From Macrostomum lignano (Eukaryota), in NCBI GenBank assembly GCA_002269645.1, contig NIVC01002033.1, positions 146,742-210,741 of the forward strand: a stretch of DNA of 64,000 nucleotides. The letters run 5' to 3'. Under the pieces are notes generated by a model. That model saw only the letters and a list, made by a program, of their open reading frames with translations, had not been told where the DNA came from and ran no database searches. Positions 1 through 10,521 of this stretch are shown here, one piece after another. Within the stretch, counting starts at the first letter, position 1. Every line of letters begins with the position of its first letter. A program made the translations under genes and the position numbers.

Positions 1-51
1 TCAGCCTAGCGTTATTACAATCATGTTGCTTTTAATAATTCACATCTCTTT

Positions 52-992
52 TGGCGCCTCCCTTCACAGCTGATTTGGCGCCCCCTTCACAGCTGATTTG
101 GCGCCCCCTTCACAGCTGATTTGGCGCCCCCTTCACAGCTGGTTTGGCGCCCCCTTCACAGCTGATTTGGCGCCCCCTTCACAGCTGATTTGGCGCCCTC
201 TTCACAACTGACTTGGCGCCCCCTTCACAGCTGATTTGGCGCCCCCTTCACAGCTGATTTGGCGCCCTCTTCACAACTGACTTGGCGCCCCCTTCACAGC
301 TGATTTGGCGCCCTCTTCACAACTGACTTGGCGCCCCCTTCGCAGCTGATTTAACGCCCCCCTCCCCTTAACAACTGACTTGGCGCCCCCTTCACAGCTG
401 ACTTGGCGCCCCTTCACAGCTGATTTGGCGCCCCCTCCCCTTAACAACTGACTTGGCGCCCCCTTCACAGCTGACTTGGCGCCCCTTCACAGCTGATTTG
501 GCGCCCCCTCCCCTTAACAACTGACTTGGCGCCCCCTTCACAGCTGGTTTGGCGCCCCCTTTACAGCTGGTTTGGTGCCCCCTTCACAGCTGGTTTGGCG
601 CCCCTTTCACAGCTGGTTTGGCGCCCCTCCCCTTCACAGCTGATTTGGCGCCCCCCCCCACACAGCTGGTTTGGCGCCCCCTTCACAGCTGGTTTGGCGC
701 CCCCTTCACAGCTGGTTTGGTGCCCCCTTCACAGCTGGTTTGGCGCCCCCTTCACAGCTGGTTTGGCGCCCCCTTCACAGCTGGTTTGGCGCCCCCTTCA
801 CAGCTGGTTTGGCGCCCCCTTCACAGCTGGTTTGGTGCCCCCTTCACAGCTGGTTTGGCGCCCCCTCCCCTTCACAGCTGGTTTGGCGCCCCCTCCTCTT
901 CACAGCTGGTTTGGCGCCCCCTCCCCTTCACAGTTGGTTTGGCGCCCCCTTCACAGCTGGTTTGGCGCCCCCTCCCCTTCACAGCAGGTTTG
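52..992. repeat. 23-bp minisatellite (GGCGCCCCCTTCACAGCTGGTTT)n
   Basis: Directly visible tandem array of about 40 units; the ORFs here repeat every 23 aa (3 units), confirming a 23-nt period. Confidence 0.97.
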
Positions 993-1254
993 GCACTATA
1001 CTCCCCTACAATCATACGTTTATTTAGCCAAATTCTTGATAAAGTTTTGAAACGGATAACTTCGTGTTTATTTGATATTTTGCTACACATGCAGCTCTCT
1101 AGTGCTTGCGTATCCATGGTTATGTTTATACAATTGCAACTCTGTACGCTGTCAGTTCCAGTGTACAAATGTGAAAATGTACATCTACGTGTGCGCATTT
1201 GTCTGGGAGCCGGGCGAATCTAGATTGAGCTAATTGCAAACAATTGGAGGCTAG

Positions 1255-1372
1255 GAAATGGTCGTGCGTATTTCAAGGTCGACTGTATCGTCATTGGTCA
1301 CACCCACTTTGCACAATCTCATATGCCCTCTGTCTGTTGCCCGCCCTGTGGCCCTTGTTGTTCTGTCTAGAT
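1255..1372 (+). mobile_element. Possible decayed 3' fragment of a non-LTR retrotransposon (I/Jockey-like C-terminus)
   Basis: Plus frame reads DCIVIGHTHFAQSHMPSVCCPPCGPCCSV, resembling the RLRIGHT...CxC motif at the end of LINE ORF2. Short and recognised by eye only. Confidence 0.3.
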
Positions 1373-2545
1373 TAGTTTAGGAAAAGGGAGACAATAATTT
1401 CGTCAGCTTTAGTTTTAAGGGGGTGGGGTCTCATTGGATGGCGTAAACAGGTAAGAGTGCACTTGGTTTGCTAGAATCTTTCCAGAAAAATTTTGGACTT
1501 CGCCCTATTGAACTGTTTTCGGGTGCAATTCTTTGCCCTGAGGGGCCATCGCGGGGAAGAGGGTGGTTCAAGAATAAATGCAACCACACATTTTGTCGCT
1601 TCATTTGGGTAAAAAATAGGGTCAGACAAGGTCAGGACTGGGTGTTGGGGATCATTGGAATAAATTATAATATTTTAATGGTAGGTAACAGTTCTATAGT
1701 TCTTGTACCGCTTCGTGAATTCTTAACATAGGCTATGTGTATGAATTGATGGATTTTTTCCCATGGTCACGCGCACCGGCTGCAAGTATAAAAAGCGTGG
1801 GCGTTAGCAACTATGCTTGAAGGCTGTGTGGTATATTCCTTTGATTATACGTTGCCTAGGGGAGGGAGGCTTCTCGACCAAGGCCTAACAGTAGCAATCA
1901 GCTGGAGTTTGAGTAGTGGGGGGGGGGAGTTGTGCCTTATGAGAACTTGTCGTCAGTGTAGGGTTAGGAAAATTCCACGTTGGAAATTTCCATGCCGGTC
2001 GTTTTCTCCCCCCCAGATGCTGGATAGCCGGATGAGGCCCGAGAAGCAGGAGTTGCGGTGTACATTGGTTGAGTTCTGTGATCCGTCTAGTTGAGTTGCT
2101 GTACAGAAGTGGGAAGGATTAGAAGGCTTGCTTAGCCTTAGGCCCGTTGTCCAAAATCCCAGCTGTGGGATCAAGTTCTATTCCCCAAATCCCCATCGAC
2201 CATCGTCTCTGCCTTGCTTTTCTTGCCCATTTCTCTGTACAATTTGCACAGGCATTTTTCTTTGAACCACCCCGAGCCAAGGCAACGATAGAGAGAGAGA
2301 GAGAGAGAGAGAGTTTCTGGGTGGAGAGGAGGCAAAGAAAGCGCAGCGAGCCAGCCAGAACCAGATCGCTCCGGAGGGGGGGCATGCAAGAGAACCGGTT
2401 TTGAACGAAAGGGACTGACGAAAAAAGGTCGGCCTATTCGACCTTGAGAATTTCTAGAGGGGGAGAGAGGAGGGCCAGGGTGGGTGAAGCGCTGGAATTC
2501 CGGGGCAGGAGGGGGGTGGGGCTGGCCGGCCGCCGGCAACCCCCC

Positions 2546-2551
2546 TATAAA
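2546..2551 (+). promoter_or_regulatory. TATA box upstream of the UCP gene
   Basis: TATAAA in a GC-rich context about 210 nt upstream of the ATG at 2759. Confidence 0.5.
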
Positions 2552-2758
2552 TGCAAGCCCGATTCCGCGCCACAAAGCCCCTCTCAACAAACAGCTGAGC
2601 CTCCTGACTCGGAACCAGTTTGTGCAATTAAGCCGGCTAGAACTTCGAATGTTGACAAGATTATCGCGGCTTCAAGCCAACAACGAAACCAACAAGAAGT
2701 CATTACCGCCGGATTTAATAGGTTCCTCTTCTAGTCAGTCCAGTTCCTCTCTACTAAA

Positions 2759-3742
2759 ATGTCTTCGTCAACGTCGTCAAGTAGCAGCGTCGGTAGCGGC
2801 GTCTCCAGCCCGGTCGGCAAGCTGCTCCTAGCTGGTACGTGCGCCTGCGTCGCCGACGCCCTGACTTTTCCCATGGACACCGTGAAGGTGCGCATGCAGA
2901 TGGCACCAGCCGGCAGCGGCTTCCTCGCCACCCTGCGTCACGTGGCCGTCAGCGAGGGCCCCGCCGGCCTGTACGGCGGCCTGGGCGCCGGACTGCAACG
3001 TCAGTTCGCCTTCGCCTCGATTCGAATCGGATTCTACGAGCCGGTGAAACAAGCCTACATGGGCCAGCTGGGTATGCGGCATCAGGACGCCTCCACCACG
3101 GCCCTGATGGGCGTCCGACTTCTGGCCGGCCTCACCACGGGCGCCTTGGCCGTCTGCTGCGCCCAGCCAACCGACGTCGTCAAGGTGCGCATGCAAGGCT
3201 CGGCCGGCCGCTACCCCGGCTGCGCCGCCGCCTATTCAACAATCTGGCGATCTGAGGGCCTCGCGGGCCTGTGGAAAGGCACCGGGCCCAGCGTCGCTCG
3301 CAACGCCATCGTCAACTGCGCGGAGGTCGTGTCCTACGACACCATCAAGACCTACATGGTGGCCCGCCTGGGCATGCCGAACGCTGTCGGCACGCACTTC
3401 CTGGCCGGCCTGTGCAGCGGCTTCATCGCCACCCTGGTCGCCTCCCCGGTGGACGTGGTGAAGACCCGCCTGATGAGCGCCAGGCCGGAGGAGCGCGCCG
3501 GAGTCGTCAGCGTCACGCGCGGCCTCTACCAGCAGAGCGGCCTGCGCGGCTTCTACAAAGGCTTCGGGCCGAGCTTCGCCCGCATCGCCGGCTGGAACAT
3601 CCTCATGTTCGTGCTGTACGAGAAGGCCAAATCCGCGCTAGAAGTCGCCCCGGCGCTGCCGTCGCCTCATCTGGTGGCGGTTGCGGCTGTCGCGGCTTCC
3701 ACGGGTGCCCCGGCTGTGCAGCCCAAGAAGCTGCAGCTTTGA
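2759..3742 (+). CDS. UCP: Mitochondrial uncoupling protein (SLC25, UCP2/3-like), intronless, 327 aa
   Basis: Three carrier repeats with PxD/ExxKxR signatures (FPMDTVKVRMQ, QPTDVVKVRMQ, SPVDVVKTRLM). Close match to UCP motifs: AGTCACVADALTFP, GLQRQFAFASIRIGFYEPVK, RNAIVNCAEVVSYDTIK, GFYKGFGPSFARIAGWNILMFVLYE. Confidence 0.95.
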   Translation: MSSSTSSSSSVGSGVSSPVGKLLLAGTCACVADALTFPMDTVKVRMQMAPAGSGFLATLRHVAVSEGPAGLYGGLGAGLQRQFAFASIRIGFYEPVKQAYMGQLGMRHQDASTTALMGVRLLAGLTTGALAVCCAQPTDVVKVRMQGSAGRYPGCAAAYSTIWRSEGLAGLWKGTGPSVARNAIVNCAEVVSYDTIKTYMVARLGMPNAVGTHFLAGLCSGFIATLVASPVDVVKTRLMSARPEERAGVVSVTRGLYQQSGLRGFYKGFGPSFARIAGWNILMFVLYEKAKSALEVAPALPSPHLVAVAAVAASTGAPAVQPKKLQL

Positions 3743-4394
3743 ATACTGGAATCCTGGAAGCCCCCCCACCCCCTTCCAATGAAAATGTTGTCAACCTGAC
3801 TCTGAAGATCTCTGACAGCTGTTTTATATTTATGCATGATGATTGATTGGTTTTGCTTCTATGCTGCTTTAATCCACAAGTTCGGCAACTGTAATCGGTG
3901 GATGTGTTTTGTTTCTTGCCTGACCTTGGGGCGGCAGTCCTACTAGTCTGCAGGTTAACTGATGCTTAGGAGCTTAGAAACATAAGCAAATTGAAATGTA
4001 ATTATTCCTTTGTTATATTTGAGATGCTTTTAACTCGACAAGAAATCCTTTGCAATGCATAAATAGTCTGATGTATAATGTATGTGTAAATGTATTCAGA
4101 TTGCTCTACCAATTGTTTAATGTTGTCATCAATTCACTACAGATATACTAATTGAAAGACTGTCTTCAATTATAATATGTGTGAAAATGCAAATATAATC
4201 ATTGCAAATCCGACTATGTTTAAAACTTTCAAATGCAACTCGTTTCTTCATCATTTTACCAACAAAAAGGCTTCGATCAACCAAGTCTACCAAAAACGTA
4301 TGGAATTAGCGATTTTTTCAGCTAGCTACTTACAGTACTACTTTTTGTGAATATTTGCTGTTTAAATTAACTATTTTTTTCTACATTCATATCT

Positions 4395-4833
4395 GGCGTA
4401 GTTGGAGCCCCCTTCTGTAGCTGGCGCCATCCTTTCTAGTTGGCGCCATCCTCTGTAGCTGGCGCCATCATCTGTAGCTGGCGCCATCCTCTGTAGCTGG
4501 CGCCATCCTTTCTAGTTGGCGCCATCCTCTGTAGCTGGCGCCATCCTCTGTAGCTGGCGTCATCCTCTGTAGCTGGTGCCATCATCTGTAGCTGGTGCCA
4601 TCCTTTCTAGTTGGCGCCATCCTTTCTAGTTGGCGCCATCCTCTGTAGCTGGCGCCATCCTCTGTAGCTGGTGCCATCCTTTCTAGTTGGCGCCATCCTC
4701 TGTAGCTGGCGCCATCCTCTGTAGCTGCTGGGGCCCCCTCTTTAGCTGCTGGCGCCCCCTCTGTAGCTGCTAGCACCGCCTCTGTAGCTGGCGCCCCCTC
4801 TGTAGCTGGCGCCATCCTCTGTAGCTGGCGCCC
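4395..4833. repeat. 19-bp minisatellite (CTGGCGCCATCCTCTGTAG)n
   Basis: Visible tandem array with a 19-nt period. Confidence 0.95.
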
Positions 4834-4944
4834 CTCAATAAGTATTCAGAGTTTGCAAGAAAATCTACGGCCAAAACTCCGGCTGGAGATAGTTTCTCTT
4901 TCTGGGCAAGCTTCGGGGACACAAATAATAATAATAACTGATTG

Positions 4945-5220
4945 CACCTGACCAATTTGGGCCAGATGTGCAACCGACAGCTCAGCCGCAGCTATTGCGC
5001 GGAGCATCTGAAGGCTGCGTACGGCTGTTCAGTCCAAGGACTGGGGGTCGCCATACACACCCTCAATTACTTACAGCTGGGTGAACTGAAGCAATGCAGA
5101 GTTAAGTGTCTTGCTCAAGGACACGAATTGTTTCAGTGTCCTTTTACACCGCAATGTACACCGTCGGAAATCCAAATTCAATTCGTAAGCCCGACGCTCT
5201 AATCCCTAGGCTGCAACCCG
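4945..5220 (-). mobile_element. Degenerate CORE-type tRNA-SINE copy
   Basis: Contains ACAGCTGGGTGAACTGAAGCAATGCAGAGTTAAGTGTCTTGCTCAAGGACAC, which resembles the MIR CORE domain. Homologous to the copy at 63510-63775. Confidence 0.7.
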
Positions 5221-5549
5221 TGAAGGAATTTCCAATATTACTCGTAGATTTTAAAATACCCTTCTGAATGAGTTTTGGAGGGCAAATTGAGAGGTGCTTG
5301 ATTGATGCTTTCACTGGGAAAAATTTGTACTTTAAAATTAAATCCAATCAATATTTTCAATTGGCATTCTTTTGTATTGGATATTGCTTATGTTGTCAAT
5401 GCCAATCATTGAAGTGTCAGTCATTTTCAGCAAACATTATTTGCTATTGAACCAGCTCAACTTGTCGGATTTGCATTTCTCATAAGTCTTCTATTTCAGT
5501 CCTGTCATATATTGGAATTGGAATTTTGTCTGACACAGAGAACACAATT

Positions 5550-5575
5550 ACAGACAGGCAGACAGGCAGGCAGGC

Positions 5576-5642
<67 letters not shown>

Positions 5643-5707
5643 GAGACATAGAGACAGACAGACAGACAGACAGACTGACAGAGAGACATAGAGACAGACA
5701 GACAGAC

Positions 5708-5776
<69 letters not shown>

Positions 5777-5777
5777 T

Positions 5778-5852
<75 letters not shown>

Positions 5853-5853
5853 T

Positions 5854-5940
<87 letters not shown>

Positions 5941-6003
5941 AACAGACAGACACTAAGACACTAAGACAGACGGACAGGCAGACAGACAAACAGACAGACA
6001 CTA

Positions 6004-6040
<37 letters not shown>

Positions 6041-6043
6041 CTA

Positions 6044-6076
<33 letters not shown>

Positions 6077-6080
6077 GGCA
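5550..6080. repeat. (GACA)n microsatellite with interspersed CACTAA variants
   Basis: Directly visible. Confidence 0.98.
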
Positions 6081-6086
6081 GGCAGC

Positions 6087-9000
6087 TCAGCACAGCCCCG
6101 GCACCAGCTGCAGCACCACCCGGCCCTGCTGGCTGCCGCTGTTGCCGCCGGTGACGCCGCTGCAGTCGAGGCCGTCGCAGGCGGAGCCGCCGCCCCTCCG
6201 GCGTGATTCAGGCCGAGACCCGCGCCGCCTCCGCTGAAGCCGCCGCCCGCGCCAGCGGCGCCTCGACGGCCACCGCCGCTGCCGCCGGCGCCGCCGCCTC
6301 CTCCAAAGCCGCCGACGCCGGTGTTGCCGGAGCCGGCAAGGCCGCCAGTCCAGCCTTCGGCGGGACCGCCGCCGCCGTCTCCATCATCAGTGCTCAGTCT
6401 CTGATTTATTGGCCCGCCCAGCCAGCCGGCGCCGCAGCCTCCGTGGTGGCTGTTTCTTGGGGTCCTGCTGGGGTCGTTGAAGCCCGGGCCTCCGTTGGTG
6501 CCACCAAAGCCGGCGTTATCACTATAAGAAGTTGAGTCGCTTCCGTTGGAGCCTGACTGACCGGAAATGCCTGGTCGATGAAAACATTGGCAAGGAAAAC
6601 CCGTAGAAGCGTCTCGAACTAATTATAAATGCCCGGCGGGAAATTCGAGGGCCGTGTGAGCTTTCTGTGTGAGCGTGTGTAGGAGCTTATATGTAATATG
6701 TGTTTGGGAATAAGGGAATGCACAGATGGTCCCGACGAAGTTCCCAACGAGGTGCTCAGACTGCCCAAGGTCGCCCAGGAGATCGCCAGGGTGATCAACA
6801 ACGTTCTCGATACTGGCGTCGCACCTCCGGAGTGGACCCGAGCACATATCGTCGGAATCCCCAAGAAGCCGGGCACCAACAAGATTGAAGAACATCGGGG
6901 CATCTCCCTGATGTCCTGTGCCGCCAAGCTGCACAACAAGCTGCTACTGTCGCGCTTGCAGCCAGTGCTGGACCCTTACCTGCGGTACGAGCAGAATGGG
7001 TTCCGGCCACGACGTGGTACAGTCACGCAAATTCTGGCGCTCCGGAGAATTATCGAGGAATCGCGCATTCGCCAGTCGGACCTTTTCTGTCTGTTCATCG
7101 ACTTCCTGAAGGCTTTCGACTCGGTGGCTCGAGGCGTGATTCCACTAGTTCTCCGAGCCTACAACGTGCCAGAGAAACTGATTGCAGCAGTGATGGCGCT
7201 CTACCACGACACGCACGCTGCTGTGATCACACCTGACGGCCTTTCCGACTTCTTCACCACCTCATCCGGAGTCCTGCAAGGAGACACCCTCGCTCCCTTC
7301 CTGTTCATCCTCATCTTGGACTGGGTGCTGCGGACAGGACTACCGGACAACTCGGACGGCTACATCCTATGCAGGCGAACGAGCAGCCGGCACCCGGAGA
7401 AGCGGCTGGCAGTCCTCGGATATGCTGATGACCTCGCCCTGCTGGCATCCACTGCTGCTGGTGCTCAACGCCTCCTCGACGGCCTAGCTGCTGCCGCTGC
7501 GAAGGTTGGCCTTAAGATCAACGCCAAGAAGACGGAGGTCCTGACTGTGCCAGCCGATCTGCCAGCGGTCATCCGCCTTCCCAGCATGGACAGCGCAACG
7601 GCAGCACCGCTCCCCCGATGTGAGCAGTTCCGGTACCTTGGTGGTCTCGTGCCCAGCGTCCAGGAGGACCTGCGGCGTCGCAGAGGGCTTGCGTGGGCGG
7701 CTTTCCGCTCAGTGCGCATCGTGCTCCAAAGCGACGCCCTGCCAGACCAGCTGAGAACCAGACTGTTCCAGGCGGTGGTGGAAACGGTGCTCTTCTACAA
7801 CGCCGAGACCTGGACCATGACGGATGTGCTGGAGCGCCAGCTGGACGCGGCGCACTCCAGCCTGCTGCGCGCTGCCTTCAGCGTGCACCGTCACGCCGAA
7901 CACGTCACCAACCAGGCTCTCTACCAGCGGGCCAAGCTGAGCCCTCCCAGCGTGACCCTGCGACAGCGCCGCCTAAAGCTGGCGGGCCACGTCATTCGCG
8001 CCGAGTCCTACTGCCCGGAGCCGCTGCAGGAGGTCTTGCTGTACACGCAGCAGGGCCCGTTCCGGCGGGGGCAGGCGCGGACCCGGAGGTTCGTCGACTG
8101 TCTGACAGAAGACGCCAGGGCGCCTGATCAGATCAATGGCGCTACCTTCATCAGAGACTGCGCAGCTAAGCGTGCTTTTTGACAATGTCCCCCCCTTTCC
8201 TGACCACTTGTGGCCGGTGGCCATTGTATTTATTGTATTGTATTGTACAGATGGTGGGACGATGTCGCCGAAGGCGTTGCACCAGGGTGTCCAAAGCCCA
8301 CCTGCAAGCTGCAGATGTTACTTTTATTGGTTGGTCACTTTCTCATTCTGCTTCTGACACTCGATCCCTGCAGCAGGAATATCTTAAAACTTTATTTCAG
8401 TATGTTTAATTATACTTAAGTGGAGTAAGAGCGTTCATGTCACTGGCACAGCAAATTTTCATAGATCTATCTTACATTTCATAAACAGTTTTAGTATTTT
8501 TCCTGAGTTCATTCAGTGCGTCTGGCTGTAGTGTAGAGTAGAGGTCAATAAGTGCCGGCAAGCGATAATTCAAAGCCGTTTTCTTTGGGTTGTGTCTCGA
8601 CTAAAGAGCACCTGGAGCTGCTCATGCATTCCACATTGGGAGGCCAGTTCAAAGCAATTTCACTTGCCATTTCGTCTAAGGGACGCCCCGCCGCCGCCTC
8701 CCGCGGCGACCAGAAGGCGACCGTCGGCGCCGCCGACGAACACGAAGCTGCCGCCGCCACCGCCTCCGCCGCAGTCGCCGTTGACGGCCGGTCCGCCGGC
8801 CTGACCGACCAAAACCGACAGCCGGACGCCGGCAGTCAGGTTGAAGCGGCCCGACATCGAGGCTCCGCTACCGCCAGCTGTGCCTGCGAAGCTGTTGGAG
8901 CCGCCTGCAGCGCCCCGGGCCTCGATTTGGTAGCAGCCGGTCAGCTCGACTGTCAGCTGCTGGATGGAGCCGTCGCGGCCCGAGCTCGAGTCTGGGAGTC

Positions 9001-10521
9001 AGTGAGGGTCAGCGGGGTCAGCTGAGTTGCTGTGAGAATGAGCTGGCATGAGAATGAGCTGGCATGAGAGTGAGCTGGTGTGAGAATGAGCTGGCATGAG
9101 AATGAGCTGGCATGAGAATGAGCTGGCATGAGAGTGAGCAGGCGTGAGAATGAGCTGGTATGAGAATGAGCTGGCATGAGAATGAGCTGGCATGAGAATG
9201 GGCTGGCATGAGAATGAGATGGCATGAAAATGAGCTGGCATGAGAATGAGCTGGCATGAGAATGAGCTGGCATGAGAATGAGCTGGCATAAGAATTAGCT
9301 GGCATGAGAATGAGCTGGTATGAGAGTGAGTTGGCATCAGAATGCGCTGGCATAAGAATTAGCTGGCATGGGAATGAGCTGGCATGAGAATGAGCTGGCA
9401 TGAGAATGAGATGGCATGAGAGTGAGCTGGCGTGAGAATGAGCTGGCATCAGAATGAGCTGGCATGAGAATGAGAACTTGAAACTGCGCCGGCGGCACGC
9501 ACTTGAGAACTTGAGAACGAGTTCTCACGCACTTGAGAACTCGTGCGTGATGTTGAGCCTCCTCGACTCGATGACGCTGTCGATGTCGACCGCCTTCCAC
9601 ACCTCGGCGCCGGCCTCGGATCCCAGCGACCTCCACGCGTGACTGCGCGGCGGTCCGGCAGTCCGCGAGGCGTCCTCGACGAAGAGCAGCTGGCAGACGC
9701 GGCTGGCCTGCAGCAGGCTGACTGCCGCACAGCGCCTCGACCAGCAGCTGAGCAGGCAGTCTTGGATGGAGGCTGAGCTGGGCTCGCTGATGATGAGGCT
9801 GCTGACGGTCGGGTCGAGCAGGACTGGGCCGGAGGAGTTGATGAAGCGGCTGCAGCTGGCGAGCGCCTGCGTGAGGGAGGCTGGGACTGGCGGGCCGGGT
9901 TTGGGATAAGCGGCTGCGTGAGGGAGGCTGGGACTGGCGGGGCGGGTATGGGATGAGCGGCTGCGTGAGGGAGGCTGGGACTGGCGTGGGGGGGGGTTTG
10001 GGATGAGCGGCTGCGTGAGGGAGGCTGAGACTGGCGGGGCGGGTTTAGGATGAGCGGCTGCGTGAGGGAGGCTGGGACTTGCGGGGCGGGTTTGGGATGA
10101 GCGGCTGCGTGAGGGAGGCTGGGACTGGCGTGGGGGGGGGTTGGGATGAGCGGCTGCGTGAGGGAGGCTGGGACTGGCGGGGCAAGTTTGGGATGAGCGG
10201 CTGCGTGAGGGAGGCTGGGACTGGCGGGGCGGGTTTGGGATGAGTGGCTGCGTGAGGGAGGCTGGGACTGGTGGGGCGGGTTTGGGATCAGCGGCTGCGT
10301 GAGGGAAGCTGAGACTGGCGTGGGGGGGGGGTTGGGATGAGCGGCTTCGTGAGGGAGTCTGGTACTGACTAATACATAACTTTAAATTTTCATAAATTAG
10401 ATTCTTCTGATTGACTCAGTCTGCAAGATAAAAATTTCAATGCGAACTATATCATATCAGTTCAGAGCTCACCAGTCAAGATCCCGCAGGCAATGATTAT
10501 AATTACTGGTAGGGCTCGCAT
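6087..10521 (-). CDS. Secreted PAN/Apple-like + ALK/LTK-type glycine-rich-domain protein, paralog A (1-nt deletion near the C-terminus)
   Basis: Exons 10521-10473 (MRALPVIIIIACGILT, signal peptide), 9880-9533 (DCLLSCWSRRCAAVSLL..CQLL, PAN-like), 8991-8668 (GSIQQLTVELTGCYQIEARGAAGG..GRFNLTAGVRLSVLVGQ..GGGGGGGSF..LLVAAGGGGG, matching the ALK/LTK GRD) and 6570-6087. All junctions are phase 1. The third intron needs a GC donor (G|GCAAGT). The C-run at ~6193-6196 is one base shorter than in paralog B. Confidence 0.75.
6698..8182 (+). CDS. Reverse transcriptase ORF of the RTE element (no endonuclease; first codons derive from flanking host DNA)
   Basis: 494-aa ORF with an intact RT domain. The ATG lies outside the TSD. 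Confidence 0.85.
   Translation: MCLGIRECTDGPDEVPNEVLRLPKVAQEIARVINNVLDTGVAPPEWTRAHIVGIPKKPGTNKIEEHRGISLMSCAAKLHNKLLLSRLQPVLDPYLRYEQNGFRPRRGTVTQILALRRIIEESRIRQSDLFCLFIDFLKAFDSVARGVIPLVLRAYNVPEKLIAAVMALYHDTHAAVITPDGLSDFFTTSSGVLQGDTLAPFLFILILDWVLRTGLPDNSDGYILCRRTSSRHPEKRLAVLGYADDLALLASTAAGAQRLLDGLAAAAAKVGLKINAKKTEVLTVPADLPAVIRLPSMDSATAAPLPRCEQFRYLGGLVPSVQEDLRRRRGLAWAAFRSVRIVLQSDALPDQLRTRLFQAVVETVLFYNAETWTMTDVLERQLDAAHSSLLRAAFSVHRHAEHVTNQALYQRAKLSPPSVTLRQRRLKLAGHVIRAESYCPEPLQEVLLYTQQGPFRRGQARTRRFVDCLTEDARAPDQINGATFIRDCAAKRAF
6731..8246 (+). mobile_element. 5'-truncated RTE-clade non-LTR retrotransposon inside intron 3 of paralog A
   Basis: RT motifs QNGFRPRR, FIDFLKAFDSV, GVLQGDTLAPFLF and YADD. 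3' (ATTGT)n tail. Target-site duplication ACAGATGGT at 6722-6730 and 8247-8255. Confidence 0.93.
9028..9475. repeat. 16-bp minisatellite (TGAGAATGAGCTGGCA)n in intron 2 of paralog A
   Basis: Visible array; the same unit recurs at 13915-14232. Confidence 0.96.
9865..10362. repeat. 47-bp minisatellite in intron 1 of paralog A
   Basis: Unit GGGATGAGCGGCTGCGTGAGGGAGGCTGGGACTGGCGGGGCGGGTTT, about 10 copies. Confidence 0.96.

Noticed and set aside
271-1223. Several long ORFs on both strands
   Set aside because: They are translations of the 23-bp minisatellite, with no unique domain.
1480-2100. Possible Penelope-like RT/GIY-YIG remnant on the minus strand
   Set aside because: Only faint motif resemblance (IIKGIYHTAF, CGCIY) across broken frames; not supportable by eye.
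5480-6001. SVCL/QTDR, YLSI, SPLL and IYHR-type ORFs here and at 19712-20411, 24874-25358, 30602-31174, 42635-43091 and 52491-53044
   Set aside because: These are micro/minisatellite read-throughs.
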